Positions 1-11,108 of a stretch of DNA of 64,000 nucleotides are shown here, piece after piece. The notes under the pieces were generated by a model. It was not told the origin of the DNA. It searched no databases and was given only the letters and a program-made list of their open reading frames with translations. The stretch is from Candidatus Marinacidobacterales bacterium (lineage in GTDB: Bacteria > Acidobacteriota > Vicinamibacteria > Marinacidobacterales > SMYC01): positions 128,001 to 192,000 of the forward strand of contig OZ250169.1 in assembly GCA_965237955.1 (NCBI GenBank), read 5' to 3'. The translations under genes and the position numbers were made by a program. Each line of letters starts with the position of its first letter. Positions within the stretch are counted from its first letter, which is position 1.

Positions 1-903
1 AAAGGGGACGAGTTCTTCGAGGTGGTCTTCGATCGTCCCATTCGACCCGCATGTTGCCGAAGCGCGTCGTAGATCCCGAGGGCGACACGGACGCCACCCT
101 CGGCCTTCGGTTATAAGCAACTCTTGCACGAGCCGTTCATGGGCGGCGGGCTGTGGACCAGCGCCGTCATTCCGCTGGCGCTCGCCTACCAACCGGTGTG
201 GGTGCTCGGCATCAGCACCGGGGCAGTGGCCCTTTGGCTGCTGGTGTGGGCGCTGTTGTTTCGCGGTCGGCTCGGCCTTGGGTGAATAGGCCGTGATCCG
301 CAAAAGATGATCGGCTAGAGGCAGCGGACCATAGCAGGTCTAAAACGCGCAATCAACGCTAGATAGAATTCTTGCGGAGCACACCGAGCATCATGCGGCT
401 TTGGCTGGAAAAGGCCGGCATCCTTTCGAGCTGGCGTGTCGACGAGGAACGATTCCCTAAGATCTTGGGCGTACCGACGGAAGGAGTGGAAGTGCCGGTA
501 CGGTTCGGGGCACGCGGATGAATAAATAGAAGGCACACCTCTATCCGAAGGGTGAGTCGACTAACCGTTGTCCGTCGGCACAAAAGACGCCTCGGGAAAC
601 GACGCAGTGCAGGTGTGGATTCCAAATCAAGTTGTCGGAGAATGTCTGGATGGAGGCGACCATGCCGACGCGAACGCTTTTGCAATCGACAGCAGCGACC
701 ATGAGCTAGTGGACACTTTCGTAGCCGGCGCGGGCGAGCTCGGTGAGGAGTTCGCGGCGGTAGTGAATCGAGACGAGGACCAGCCGACTTCAGTCGGCGA
801 CGCGAACCCAACGCCTTTAGGCAATGGAGCGCACCCGCTCAGTTAATTAACGTTTGCCGCACGGTGCTCGCAAATCCCGGCATCGCCTGTATGATCGGGC
901 ACG

Positions 904-2763
904 ATGGCGATGCGGCCGGTGCCCCTTCTCCGAACGCTCTCGTGGCTCGCCTTCATCGCCGTTGTCGGCTGCGGCTCGGAGCCCGTTTCCCTGCTGAGCG
1001 GCTTGGACGGGAAGCCACGCGACATGTCGTTCGAGGGTCGGAGCCTCCCGGCGCTGACGCCCAAGTTTCCCTCTGCGTTGGAGTTTTCCGTGCGTCTCCC
1101 GGCAGAGCCTTTTCTCGAGTTCTCCATCGCCGTGGAAGCTCCCGAGGATGTCGCGCGTGGGCGCGTACGGTTCAGGATCGACCTGAAGGATGGCGCGGAC
1201 GACTACACCGTCTTCGAGGACGTGGTCCGGGCGCGGCGCGGCAATCGCTGGCGGCATCGAAGCGTGAACCTCGCGGCCTGGCGGGGGCGTGAGGTCAGGC
1301 TCACCCTCGAAGCTCGACCGGACGCGCCCGGTGCTGTGGGTGCCTGGGCCGAGCGTATCCAGGTCGCCTGGGGAGATCCGGTGCTCGTTGACCGCGCGTT
1401 GGAGCTTGCCGAGCGGCCCTCGATTGTCTTCATCCTGGTCGACACGCTCCGGCGCGACCATCTGGGCGCCTACGGCTTCAGCGGAGACATTTCGCCGAAC
1501 CTCGATTGGCTGGCGAAGGAGTCCGTTTTGTTCGAGAACGCGCTCACGCAGGCGCCTTGGACCAAGCCATCGATTGCGACGCTTTTTACATCCCTGTACC
1601 CCGACGTCCACGGGCTGGACAATCACGGTGGCCTCTTCGGCGAACGCGAAAGCGATGCCCTCACGACCGGAATCCTGCGTCCCGAAGCCCTTACGATGGC
1701 CGAGCTCTTCGAGGACGCTGGCTATCGCACGGGCGCCTTCGTCGCCAACCCCTGGCTCGACCGGGCGTTTGGTTTCGAGCAAGGATTCGAGACCTACGAG
1801 ATTCGGACGGACGGGGACGAGCTCTTGGACGAGGCGCGCAGATGGCTCGAGTCGCGGGCGATCGGAGAGCCCTTTTTTCTGTACCTCCATCTCATGGATG
1901 TCCACGGCCCGTACGACGCGCCGGAGGACGACTTCGAGCGAATGCGCGCTCGCGTGAGTTTAGAAGGATCCGAGCCGCCTCCGGTCGAGAGGATGAGGCG
2001 GCTTCCGCCGTACCTCGAAGGAATCTCGTGGTTTTCTGTCGACGATCTGGCGCCGGCGGGGTGGGGAGCCGTCGTCGACTTTAGGCTCGGGCGGAGCCGC
2101 ACGCTGCGAGCCCGATACGCCGCCAACGTGCGGGATTTCGACCGGCGGATCGGGCCGTTTCTCCAGATGCTCAGAACCTCGCATTGGAACGAAGAAGCCT
2201 ACGTCGTGCTCGGCTCGGACCACGGCGAGGAGCTTCTCGAGCACGGCGGATGGGACCACGGGTTCAGCCTCTACGACGATCAGATCCGCATCCCACTTCT
2301 CATCCGGGTGCCCGGGGCGTCGGGAGCGGGACGTCGTGTCGACCAGGCCGTGAATCTCATCGACCTCATGCCGACACTCGCGACACTCGCGGGGATCGAG
2401 CCGCCCGGTGGGCTCCAAGGCCGCGACCAGTCAACTCTGATCGACGGCGGTGGCTCTTGGAATCTTCCGAGCTTCTCGACGGCCACCAAGCATCGGCGCG
2501 GCGTCTATTCCATCCGCGACGCACGCTACAAACTGATTTACGACGCGACGTCGAGATCGTCGTCGCTGTTCGACCTCGAATCGGACCCCGGTGAGTACCG
2601 CGACCTCGCCGACGATGAGCCCGAAAAAACGGAAGAGCTCCTACGTCACCTGGCCGCATATTTCGAGGACAACACCCGGCAAGATGCATCCGCACCGGAG
2701 CTCACGCCGGTCCCAGGGGAGCTGCGGAAAGCGCTCGAAGCGCTCGGTTACGTGTCCCCATGA
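904..2763 (+). CDS. Sulfatase-family protein, probably a lipoprotein
   Basis: Signal/lipobox-like N-terminus (AFIAVVGC); sulfatase motifs FILVDTLRRDHL, PWTKPSIATLFTS, YLHLMDVHGPY, SDHGEE, LFDLESDPGE; C-terminal LEALGYV. Confidence 0.9.
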   Translation: MAMRPVPLLRTLSWLAFIAVVGCGSEPVSLLSGLDGKPRDMSFEGRSLPALTPKFPSALEFSVRLPAEPFLEFSIAVEAPEDVARGRVRFRIDLKDGADDYTVFEDVVRARRGNRWRHRSVNLAAWRGREVRLTLEARPDAPGAVGAWAERIQVAWGDPVLVDRALELAERPSIVFILVDTLRRDHLGAYGFSGDISPNLDWLAKESVLFENALTQAPWTKPSIATLFTSLYPDVHGLDNHGGLFGERESDALTTGILRPEALTMAELFEDAGYRTGAFVANPWLDRAFGFEQGFETYEIRTDGDELLDEARRWLESRAIGEPFFLYLHLMDVHGPYDAPEDDFERMRARVSLEGSEPPPVERMRRLPPYLEGISWFSVDDLAPAGWGAVVDFRLGRSRTLRARYAANVRDFDRRIGPFLQMLRTSHWNEEAYVVLGSDHGEELLEHGGWDHGFSLYDDQIRIPLLIRVPGASGAGRRVDQAVNLIDLMPTLATLAGIEPPGGLQGRDQSTLIDGGGSWNLPSFSTATKHRRGVYSIRDARYKLIYDATSRSSSLFDLESDPGEYRDLADDEPEKTEELLRHLAAYFEDNTRQDASAPELTPVPGELRKALEALGYVSP

Positions 2764-3181
2764 GGATTTCATTCATTGTCTGGGAAGAGAGCTTGCCCCC
2801 CGAGCGCGACCGCCTCGTGGGACCCACTATCCGAATTCTTCAGATTCCCTCCGACCTATCGAGATACGATCGACGCGAACGCCCTGCGAGGCACGCTCGC
2901 CGGCGCGGGACCAGACCGGCGTGTCGAGACGAATCGCGATCGCTACGCCGGCCATGCTCGAAGCGCTCGAGAAAGTCTATTCCGCTACGTCGCTCCTCGA
3001 GAAGATCGCGTTGGTGAGATAGCTCGTGCAAAGGTTGCGACGAATCCTGTGGGTCTTCGGCGCCCTTGCGACCGTGCTGTTTTTGCCGGGTTGTGAAGCG
3101 CGCCGACACTTGCTCGTTGATCACGTCGACGAGAGCGAGGGACGCTAACAGGACGGCCGCTATGCGTCGTTTGTCGGCGAG

Positions 3182-3230
3182 TGAACCGCCCCGGGTTTTC
3201 CGGAGACTCCAACTCTTGAGAGGATGGAGT
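3182..3230 (+). mobile_element. Isolated IS3-family left-end remnant
   Basis: TGAACCGCCCCGGGTTTTCCGGAGACTCC...GGATGGAGTC, near-identical to the IS3 ends at 7062 and 16521; no transposase follows. Confidence 0.8.
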
Positions 3231-3554
3231 CGGTCGGCCGCAGTAGGGTCGGCGAGGTGCACGGGGCATTACTCGCAGGTTCCGTTGCTGTGGCGGAGGT
3301 CGGCACCGAGATACTGGTTGCGGAATGTTGTGTACATCTCCGCAACCCGCCCGATTCCCTCCGCCGAGTTGTGGAGGCATTCCGCAACCGGATTTCACCG
3401 CAATTCAGGCCGCTTCTGTCCACCTCTGCCGATCTCCGCCCTTGCGCTCCTGATTCCAGCACCCCCTCATGCGTCCTTACCGCGTCGCCGATACGGCCAA
3501 TCGCCTACGGTATCGGCGAAGAATGCTTCTTGCCATCCCGGCCTCCAACCTCTC

Positions 3555-4052
3555 CTATTGTTCGAGTGCATCCCGGTGCAGCTTTCGCAAGGTCGAGGCT
3601 ATCTCCGCGATTTCCCCCGTCGTCAGGTGCACCTCAACGAAGATGCTCTCCCTTCTGGGTTTCTGCTGCACCATCTCCCACGCTTCCCATCGGCCTCCAT
3701 TTGTTAGCACTGCGTAACGGGCGCCGATTTCCGTTGCGTATCCAGACGCCTGCCTCCGATCAGTTTCCTTCTGCCCCGAATCCGCAGGCTTGGCCTCCAC
3801 AACGGCAAGGAATGCACCTGCCGACGACACGAGAACGTAGTCTACCTTGTTCCCGTGGGAACGATGCTCCAGACGGACCCGGGCCGGGTCTTTGATGTCC
3901 CAGCCCAATGCGGTCAACACGCCGTCGATGACCAGCGCCCTCGTCGCCGTCTCATTCCCGCGGAGGTACTCGTCATGCTCGGTCAGAACCCTCCGAGCTT
4001 CCTTGATCCTCTCCTCAAGCAGGGCTCCCGTTCCATCCTCCATCTCAACCAA
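3555..4052 (-). CDS. Stand-alone type I restriction HsdR N-terminal-like PD-(D/E)xK nuclease
   Basis: NETATRALVIDGVLTALGWD...VDYVL...VVEAK...QASGYA...AVLTNG..W pattern. Confidence 0.8.
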   Translation of the reverse strand: MVEMEDGTGALLEERIKEARRVLTEHDEYLRGNETATRALVIDGVLTALGWDIKDPARVRLEHRSHGNKVDYVLVSSAGAFLAVVEAKPADSGQKETDRRQASGYATEIGARYAVLTNGGRWEAWEMVQQKPRRESIFVEVHLTTGEIAEIASTLRKLHRDALEQ

Positions 4053-4105
4053 CGCTCACTCCCTAACCCTTCATTCGCACGCGCGTCCCGTAGTTCTCCG
4101 ACGGT

Positions 4106-4543
4106 CTACTCCCCGCTACGTTTCCATGCCCGGCCCAGGGCCCGAATTTTCTCCCAGATGGATCTCCATGAGCCAAGCTGGGCGTCTCTCCCGGGCACTT
4201 CGGCTCCTTCCGTCTGGTAGTAGCTGTTGCGTCTGGTCCAGGCCTTTTGCCGCACCAGCGCGACCTCGGCTTCCGAAAAGCCGCGCGCCCACCGGACGAT
4301 TCCTTCATCGATCCAGTAGTGTGACCTGCACGGAAAACTCCAGTTCCCGATGGACGGCTCCAGCGAGACCGTTCTCCCGTCGTAGGTGAGCCTCCACTCG
4401 ACGGGGCCAAGAGGGGTCACCACCTCTTCCCCGCACCCGCACGCACACCGGTGGACCACCGTGCCGAAACGCATCGACACATACAGAACACCGTCATCCA
4501 GCTGTTCCGGTATGTGATCCACGAATTCGTTGCGCAATCTCAT
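4106..4543 (-). CDS. DUF6527-like protein of a bacterial ubiquitin-like operon
   Basis: HRCACGCGEEVVTPL...SLEPSIGNWSFPCRSHYWI; 4-bp overlap with the ThiF gene. Confidence 0.8.
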   Translation of the reverse strand: MRLRNEFVDHIPEQLDDGVLYVSMRFGTVVHRCACGCGEEVVTPLGPVEWRLTYDGRTVSLEPSIGNWSFPCRSHYWIDEGIVRWARGFSEAEVALVRQKAWTRRNSYYQTEGAEVPGRDAQLGSWRSIWEKIRALGRAWKRSGE

Positions 4544-5730
4544 TGGCTATCGTCCACCTGCCCTAGCATCCTGTTGCTCATGTGATTTCCGTCGATCGTG
4601 TAAGTGCTCCTGTCCTCTTTGCCAAGGTCCATGTAGAACCCCCGGTGCTTCTTCCACCGGATTACCGCGAGGGCCGCGTTCAGCGCGTTCAGTTCCACGA
4701 TCTGCACGTTCCTGTCGTACTCACCGACGTCCCGCAATCCGCCTTCACCGCGTCGAACCGCCGAGCTCTTCGGCGTCTCACAGAAGCTGGTTCTCACGAC
4801 CCCTAGCAGCTTGTCGTCCGTCTTCTCGATCCCCATTCCCACGTCGACGAACGGCACTCCCATCCCGTCCAGTGTCGGCAGCAGCCACCGCCTGGTTTCG
4901 TTGTCGTCAACGGCGACGAACACGAAATCGAGGTCGCCAAGCACATTGACGTTATCGGCCTCCACATCGAATTCGTGCGCGACGATGCCGCTCCTCATCT
5001 TCGCGTACCGTTCGCGGTACAGTTGAGCCTTGGTCGGTCTCTTCTCGAGCTCCTCGGTTGTCGTCGGACCGGGCGCGCGGAACGCGTTGTGCTGCTCGAA
5101 CCGGTCGCCGTCGAACAGATGAATCTCCGCGACGCGTGTTTTGCTGACGTAATCCAGAATGTACGACCCCGTGCCTCCGAGCCCGATTATGCCGATCCTG
5201 TCTCCGGACAGTCTCTCGTTCAGCCGGGTTATCCCAGCGCGGCTCGACGCAGTTTCCATGAACACAAAAGGGTCGTTTGGGTCTGCCGACAGCACCAGTT
5301 TCCCCGCGCGGGCCATCGCTCCGGGGTCTATTCGTTTTGCACATCGTCCAATCACCTGCGCGTAGTGCGTCATCTTGTGATGGTAATCCTTGTACTTCCC
5401 CGCCACCGGCCTTGCCGAGAAGTAGTGGTCGACCCATAGACCTTCAGCGAGCTCTTGGCGTTGGCTGCTGTTCCGCAGAGCCTCGATCGGTGCACCGCGG
5501 TCGTCGCAGGGGTACTCGCCCGCAAAGTACATCGTGTGATCTGGCGGCGGCCCCGTTTCCGATCCGTCGACATTTAGGGGACAGACGAGCTGACCGTACC
5601 TCACGGTTCGCTCGCTTGTAACGTACGGGACGCGATGCAGGACCAAATGCCCGGAGCGAACCTCTATCTCGTAGCCTTCCTCGACGAGTCGCTTAAGGTC
5701 CTCCCTACGACTGATCAGTTCGTGTGACAT
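4540..5730 (-). CDS. ThiF/E1-like adenylyltransferase with N-terminal E2-like (DUF6791-like) domain
   Basis: IGIIGLGGTGS nucleotide-binding loop, FDGD..EQHNAFR, FVFVAVD, DVGMG; about 160-aa N-terminal extension. Confidence 0.85.
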   Translation of the reverse strand: MSHELISRREDLKRLVEEGYEIEVRSGHLVLHRVPYVTSERTVRYGQLVCPLNVDGSETGPPPDHTMYFAGEYPCDDRGAPIEALRNSSQRQELAEGLWVDHYFSARPVAGKYKDYHHKMTHYAQVIGRCAKRIDPGAMARAGKLVLSADPNDPFVFMETASSRAGITRLNERLSGDRIGIIGLGGTGSYILDYVSKTRVAEIHLFDGDRFEQHNAFRAPGPTTTEELEKRPTKAQLYRERYAKMRSGIVAHEFDVEADNVNVLGDLDFVFVAVDDNETRRWLLPTLDGMGVPFVDVGMGIEKTDDKLLGVVRTSFCETPKSSAVRRGEGGLRDVGEYDRNVQIVELNALNAALAVIRWKKHRGFYMDLGKEDRSTYTIDGNHMSNRMLGQVDDSQ

Positions 5731-5977
5731 TGATAATCGTTCCGTCCCGCACTTTCAGCCTTTGCCCTTCGTCTAGCTCTCCTTCAGGTATTCGGCCGCC
5801 GGCCTCCCGGAAGGTGATCGTGAACACGATCTGCGGGCCCCTGGCCGGATCGTCGAAAGCGAGGTCCACTAGCTCGTCGAACGACAGTTCATCACGCTCG
5901 ACCTGCTTTTGCCGCCCATTGACCGTTATCAAGAACGTCTTGTCGTCCGGCTGGTCTAGTTGATTGTCCTTACTCAC
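5705..5977 (-). CDS. Multiubiquitin-family ubiquitin-like protein (single beta-grasp domain)
   Basis: ITVNGRQK...LSFDELVDLAF...VRDGTIINVTRTDQS; overlaps the E1 gene start; GAGGAG RBS upstream. Confidence 0.85.
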   Translation of the reverse strand: MSKDNQLDQPDDKTFLITVNGRQKQVERDELSFDELVDLAFDDPARGPQIVFTITFREAGGRIPEGELDEGQRLKVRDGTIINVTRTDQS

Positions 5978-6212
5978 TAGATTCTCCTCCTATCCTGTTC
6001 AACGGCGTTGCTGCTCCTTCACAATTAGTCATCCTGCCACCCCTGTCGCGGCATCACAGTGCTTTCCTGCTAGAGCATCGCCCGGTTCCGGCGGGGTGCA
6101 CGTCCGGAACCATGCAACATCGCGCCTTGCGCGCACTCTGGCCGTGCCTACATTGCGGCGCTCGCAACGTTTGCGTGGTACATGCACATTTTATCATCCG
6201 CGCATCCACGAC

Positions 6213-7019
6213 GGTATTGTCAAAGTTGACGTTGAGCGAGCGAACCTATCGCGTCGAGCTGACTTCCTTTGCTCTCGTCATGCGGCACACGTTACCTCGT
6301 GCCAGACGATGAAAGCGCGGTCTCGTAGCTCCCGATGATGACGCGCTTGCAACAAATGCCGTCCGACGCGAAAGAGATTTTGCACGAGTCCATGCACGGT
6401 CAAGAATCGTTGCGCCTGCCCAGGAGCTTTAAACTTCCGCATCTGTCGTTCCCGTTGTCGCGTCGGTTCGTGCGAGACTTCGGCTAGGTTGTTTCTGTAC
6501 TGGTCAGTGTCGTGGACGACGGACGGCATGACCTCGCGGTGAGCGGCGCTGTAGCTTCTCAGTTTGTCGGTGACCAGCTGCCAGGGCGGACGGCCTTGCC
6601 CCTTCAACAGCTTGCGGAAGAATCGTTTGGCGGCTTTCTGATCACGGCGAGGCTGGACGAGGATATCGATTACATCACCATCTTGGTCTACCGCGCGCCA
6701 GAGGTGTTGGCGTTCACCTTGTATCTTTATGAAGACCTCGTCCAGGTGCCATGTGTCACCGAGACGACCCTGCCGACGCTTCAGTCGCCGAGCGTATTCC
6801 GGCCCGAACTTAATGCACCACAGTCGGACCGCTTCGTAAGAAACCGTGATGCCTCGCTGAGCGAGCAACTCTTCGACGTTTCGAAAGCTCACGCAGAATC
6901 GGTGGTAGAGCCAGACGGCGTGGCTGATGATTTCCGGTGGAAATCGATAGCCGTGGTAGCTTGGCGCATCGGTCTTCATTGGACCATTCTGTCAGTCACC
7001 AGCTCAATTTGACAATACC
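6213..7019 (-). mobile_element. IS6-family element (transposase 6278..6979)
   Basis: IRs GGTATTGTCAAA / TTTGACAATACC; WHLDEVF, WRAVDQDG, VTDKL, NNLAEVSH motifs. Confidence 0.95.
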
Positions 7020-7061
7020 TAAAACCCCGTCCTGTGCCAAAACTCGGCCCTTTTGAAATAG

Positions 7062-7535
<474 letters not shown>

Positions 7536-8620
7536 GGCGTTGTTGCACGGCCCGGAGCAAATCGCTGACCTCCCTGTGCCGGTCGTAGAGTCACCCGGCG
7601 CAGTACGTATCGGGCATCCCGAGCGCGGTCATCTTGTTGAGTATCTCGCACCCAATTCGGTGTTCAACTCGTTGCCTCGCCAACGTTCGTGTCCGCATCT
7701 CGGGCCCGATGATCGCTTTGTAACGATAGACCGCATTCTCCACCATGCTTCGCTTGGTGCAGCCTGAGAGCTTGTACCATTCACGTCGGCCGTGTCTTTC
7801 GATGGCACGAATATGGCGATCGCGCTCCTGCATGGCGGTGTTCGAATTCTGACTGAGCGTCGCGTTTCGTTGCGGCGGAATCACCACGCGCGTCCTTCGT
7901 CCAGGGCTGTGCGCTTCGATCGCTTCGTAGACCGCTTCCTTGTCGTATGCACTGTCCGCCGCCACGGACGCTAGAGGTGCTTGAATCTGTGTTAGCAAAG
8001 CGGGGACTCGGGTTGCGTCGCGAGCACGTGACGCCGTCAGTTCGGACGCAACAATGTTGCCGGTCTCGCGATCAACGGCGATGTGCAACTTGCGCCATGC
8101 GCGCTGCTTTGGCGGTTTGCGGGCGGTTCCAACATGAATCCTCAAGCCCGTGCTATCGATCATCAGGTGGATTGGTTGATTGCTTGCGGCTTTCGGAATC
8201 CGCAGCTTCTTGCGGAGCAGCCTCGACCGCCGAGACAACGTCGAGTAGTCCGGGATCTCGATACCGAGCCCGAGCAGCGAGGCGATCGAGTGCAAGAAGC
8301 CTTCGGTTTGTCGGTAGGCGAGCTTGTACACCATCCGGACAACCAGGCCCGTTTCAATAGCCATGTCTGAATAGACCCGTTGACCGCCAGGCTTACCGGT
8401 CTTGTCGGCCATCCAGTTCGCGATTGCCTCCTCGTCAAACCAGACCGTCAAATCGCCTCGGCGGCGCAGCCCTTCGTTGTATTCCGCCCAGTTGCGAACG
8501 TGGTACTTCTTCTGCTTCGCGTGCTTGTACTGGCTGCGCTTGGGATACTTCATGGTCGAACATACCTCGGCCACCACAAGAGGCGCATTTTGCTCTCAGC
8601 CAGAGCGGTGCAACAACGCC
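7536..8620 (-). mobile_element. IS5-family element type A, copy 1 (transposase 7591..8553)
   Basis: IRs GGCGTTGTTGCAC / GTGCAACAACGCC; NWAEYNEGLRRRG, IDSTG, WRKLH, ADSAYD, RSMVEN motifs. Confidence 0.95.
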
Positions 8621-8726
8621 CCTTGAAAGCGGGAAGCTCACAGACCTCAGGGTTCTTCTCGCTGGCTGAGACGGGTCATCCGCACCAGGTGAAGTTGGCC
8701 AGTTTGAAACTGGTCGGTTGGCTCAT

Positions 8727-8940
8727 TCATTCATCTTCTCGAACCGTGTTTTGGCTATTTCGCTTTCCTCTGGCAGTCTGAGCAGTCGTGCCCTGCCCCG
8801 TTTGGTCTATACGCCCATTGTCGGGCGGTGTGAATATAATAGTAGCGAAGCGTTTCTCAGGAGCTTCCCCTCCCGCTTGTCGCCCCCGCCTCTGCGGGAA
8901 CCGTCGCTCAAGCAGCCACATAGCACTCTTTATCGAAGGC
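8727..8940 (-). pseudogene. Phage terminase small-subunit-like fragment
   Basis: MWLLERRFP and IIFTPPDNGR resemble motifs of phage packaging small subunits; upstream part is degenerate. Confidence 0.35.
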
Positions 8941-9488
8941 GGGCGAGTCTCTGTTGCTATCGTAGCGGACGTGAATTTTCCATCCCCCAGCTTCCCATTC
9001 ACCACTTGCCCGCCCTTGTATCTGATGGTTTGGCGAACGATCCTCGTCTCCTCGGTCGCGCTCCTGTATCAGTGCCGTGTTCGATCCTGGACCCGCGCTG
9101 CTTCTCTTCGGTCATCGCTTTCCTCCCTTTGGTTAAGCGCACGGCCGCATTCGTGAAACCCAGCACGAGCTAGCCCACCCTAGGAACCTTTCCGGCGGTT
9201 CCATCCTGTTAGGTCGTTTCATTTTCAAAGGACTTGGGAGATTTCTCCCGCTCGGCCATCATTGGCATCGGTCCGTTAGGTAGGCCATCTGCGCCAACCT
9301 GGTCACTGGATCGTCGAATCTGCGTACCAACGCGATTGGAGCTTGGCCCGCGAACCAGTCACGGACGGTCATCCCCGGTAACATCCTCGAATCACTGATG
9401 GTCTTCGCCACTCTCAGCTTTCCAGGCGTCAAACTGCCCCGTATCTCGCTCTCTTGTCCGCCTCTCGTATCGCTCGGTCGTGGTGACC

Positions 9489-9969
9489 CCGTCCTGTGCC
9501 AATACTCGGCCCTTGGCCCGGTCGCAAACACAGACACTAAGTTGCTGATTTATGGCCTATTTCAAAGGGACTTATACCTATGGCTTGACACGCGCCCGCC
9601 GCTTCCGGTGGGCGGCGAGGCTGGATTTGGCATGGCGCTTGCGCTTGCGCTTCCGCTCGTCGTCACCGTCCTGCGGCTTAGGTTTGATTTTTTTGGTGCG
9701 TGGTAGCGGGCGTTTTCTCCACAAGCCATTTATTTACAACGGCTTAGGTCCGCGGTGTGGATCGTAATAAGTCATCGTGTCTCCCGTTGGGAGACAGCCG
9801 GACGAGCCCGGCCTCGGTGAGTTCGGGCGCTGTGGGCTGCGCCAGCAGCCCAGCCATGTAGCGGCGGCGGATTTCCCTGTTTCCTAGCGGCTTCCGTGTT
9901 CACTATCGCCCTTATTGGGGTTGTCAAGCTAGTCCCATTTCAAAAGGGCCGAGTTTTGGCACAGGACGG
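9489..9969. mobile_element. Non-autonomous derivative bounded by rve-IS terminal repeats
   Basis: CCGTCCTGTGCCAATACTCGGCCC at 9489 and its reverse complement ending 9969; no transposase between. Confidence 0.7.
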
Positions 9970-9970
9970 G

Positions 9971-10104
9971 GGGCATGACCCCAAAAAGTGGGGTCATGTT
10001 TCTGAAAAACTCACCCCTTTGCCGGGGTCATGCCTCTGAAAATGGGGTGGGGAATGTCTCTGGAAAACCCCCCCTCAAGCGGGGTCATGATCCTGAAAAA
10101 TCAC
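9971..10104 (+). repeat. Reiterated GGGGTCATGnnnCTGAAAA motifs, probable IS21-family end remnant
   Basis: Four imperfect direct copies plus one inverted half-copy, ending ...GAAAAATCACA; multiple subterminal repeats and a terminal CA are IS21 traits. Confidence 0.55.
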
Positions 10105-10135
10105 AATAGACTTCCAACCCGTGTGCTCGACTAAT

Positions 10136-10576
10136 TTACTCCCACTGCGGCGGATCGTCTTTAAAATCGCTTTGTGCTAATCGCTTCAATTCCCCAAAAC
10201 TCTTCGGCGAATCAGCCTGGACTTTTTCCCAAGCCAGACGGAAGGCTGGTAATGATAGATTCGACCTAATTCCTTCCCTCCAGAACGTCCACGTGACCTT
10301 GCTGACCCGTCCGACTTGCCGCTGGAACGTCTGTTCGTTAGAGAGATCGATATAGTGATAGAGGTAGGGTAACGCCTTCTCTTGTTCTTCTTCCGTCAAT
10401 TCTCGACCGAGTAGCGCTCCTGTCGGAATATGCCGTGCCAACTCACGGTATTCCCTGGCCAGCGCGTCCTCGAAGTCGGTCTGTGCCTGGCGGGCACCGC
10501 GTCGGATCTGCCACCACGCCAGAAAGACGCCGACGGCCGTAGCGATTCCCGCGATGACGGTGATAGTCTCGCTCAC
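10136..10576 (-). CDS. Hypothetical protein with N-terminal transmembrane helix (DUF4760-like)
   Basis: ITVIAGIATAVGVFLAWWQI hydrophobic helix; GTGA overlap with the upstream PLD stop. Confidence 0.65.
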   Translation of the reverse strand: MSETITVIAGIATAVGVFLAWWQIRRGARQAQTDFEDALAREYRELARHIPTGALLGRELTEEEQEKALPYLYHYIDLSNEQTFQRQVGRVSKVTWTFWREGIRSNLSLPAFRLAWEKVQADSPKSFGELKRLAQSDFKDDPPQWE

Positions 10577-10945
10577 GTTTCAAACACCGTACGCAGAAGG
10601 CCGGCCGCCAGCATTTCGTCGAAGAAGCGCGCAAGCTGGGTTCCCAGAGAGTGTGTTTGGAGCCGGAGCCCCACCTCGACGTTTCGCTGCTGAGCGGCTT
10701 CCGTGAAGTTGGCCGAGCTGACGAACACATGCTCCACGTCCACCACAATGCACTTCGCGTGCAGGGCGGCCCTCGCGTCCGCGCTCTCCACCAGTGACGA
10801 CGGAAAGTAAGAACAATTCAGGCAAGGGCCGAGCCCGTGGCCAATCGCGTTCGCGGAAACTGTGTCCAAATCGACGGACAACCTCGCTCGAAGCCAATGT
10901 GTCGCCAGCCTGACGGCGAACATCCAGAAACATGCGCACGGACAG
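10573..10945 (-). pseudogene. drmC: 5'-truncated, frameshifted DISARM DrmC-like phospholipase D nuclease
   Basis: LHAKCIVVD...VSSANFTEAAQQRNVEVG HKD motif; upstream MFLDVRR..VRRF...DWP lies in another frame (1-nt shift near 10810). Confidence 0.7.
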
Positions 10946-11108
10946 ACCGCTCCTTTCCTAGGCGACGACCCTAAAGTGCTTCTATCTCAAGCCGGATAAC
11001 GCGCAGCGATCGGCGTGAAGCCTGGTCGGTCAAAAAGAACCACCAGCCATTGGTGCGCTTGCCCGTGATGGCTGCGGCTGCTTCAGACAGCCTAGCATAG
11101 GGTACGCC

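Noticed and set aside
847-2695. Long antisense and alternative-frame ORFs over the sulfatase (likewise over the VPS10 and cas genes)
   Set aside because: Shadow ORFs expected in GC-rich coding DNA; no motifs
9971-10104. Mini-CRISPR or plasmid iterons
   Set aside because: Irregular spacing, degenerate copies and no rep or cas gene adjacent; fits an IS end better
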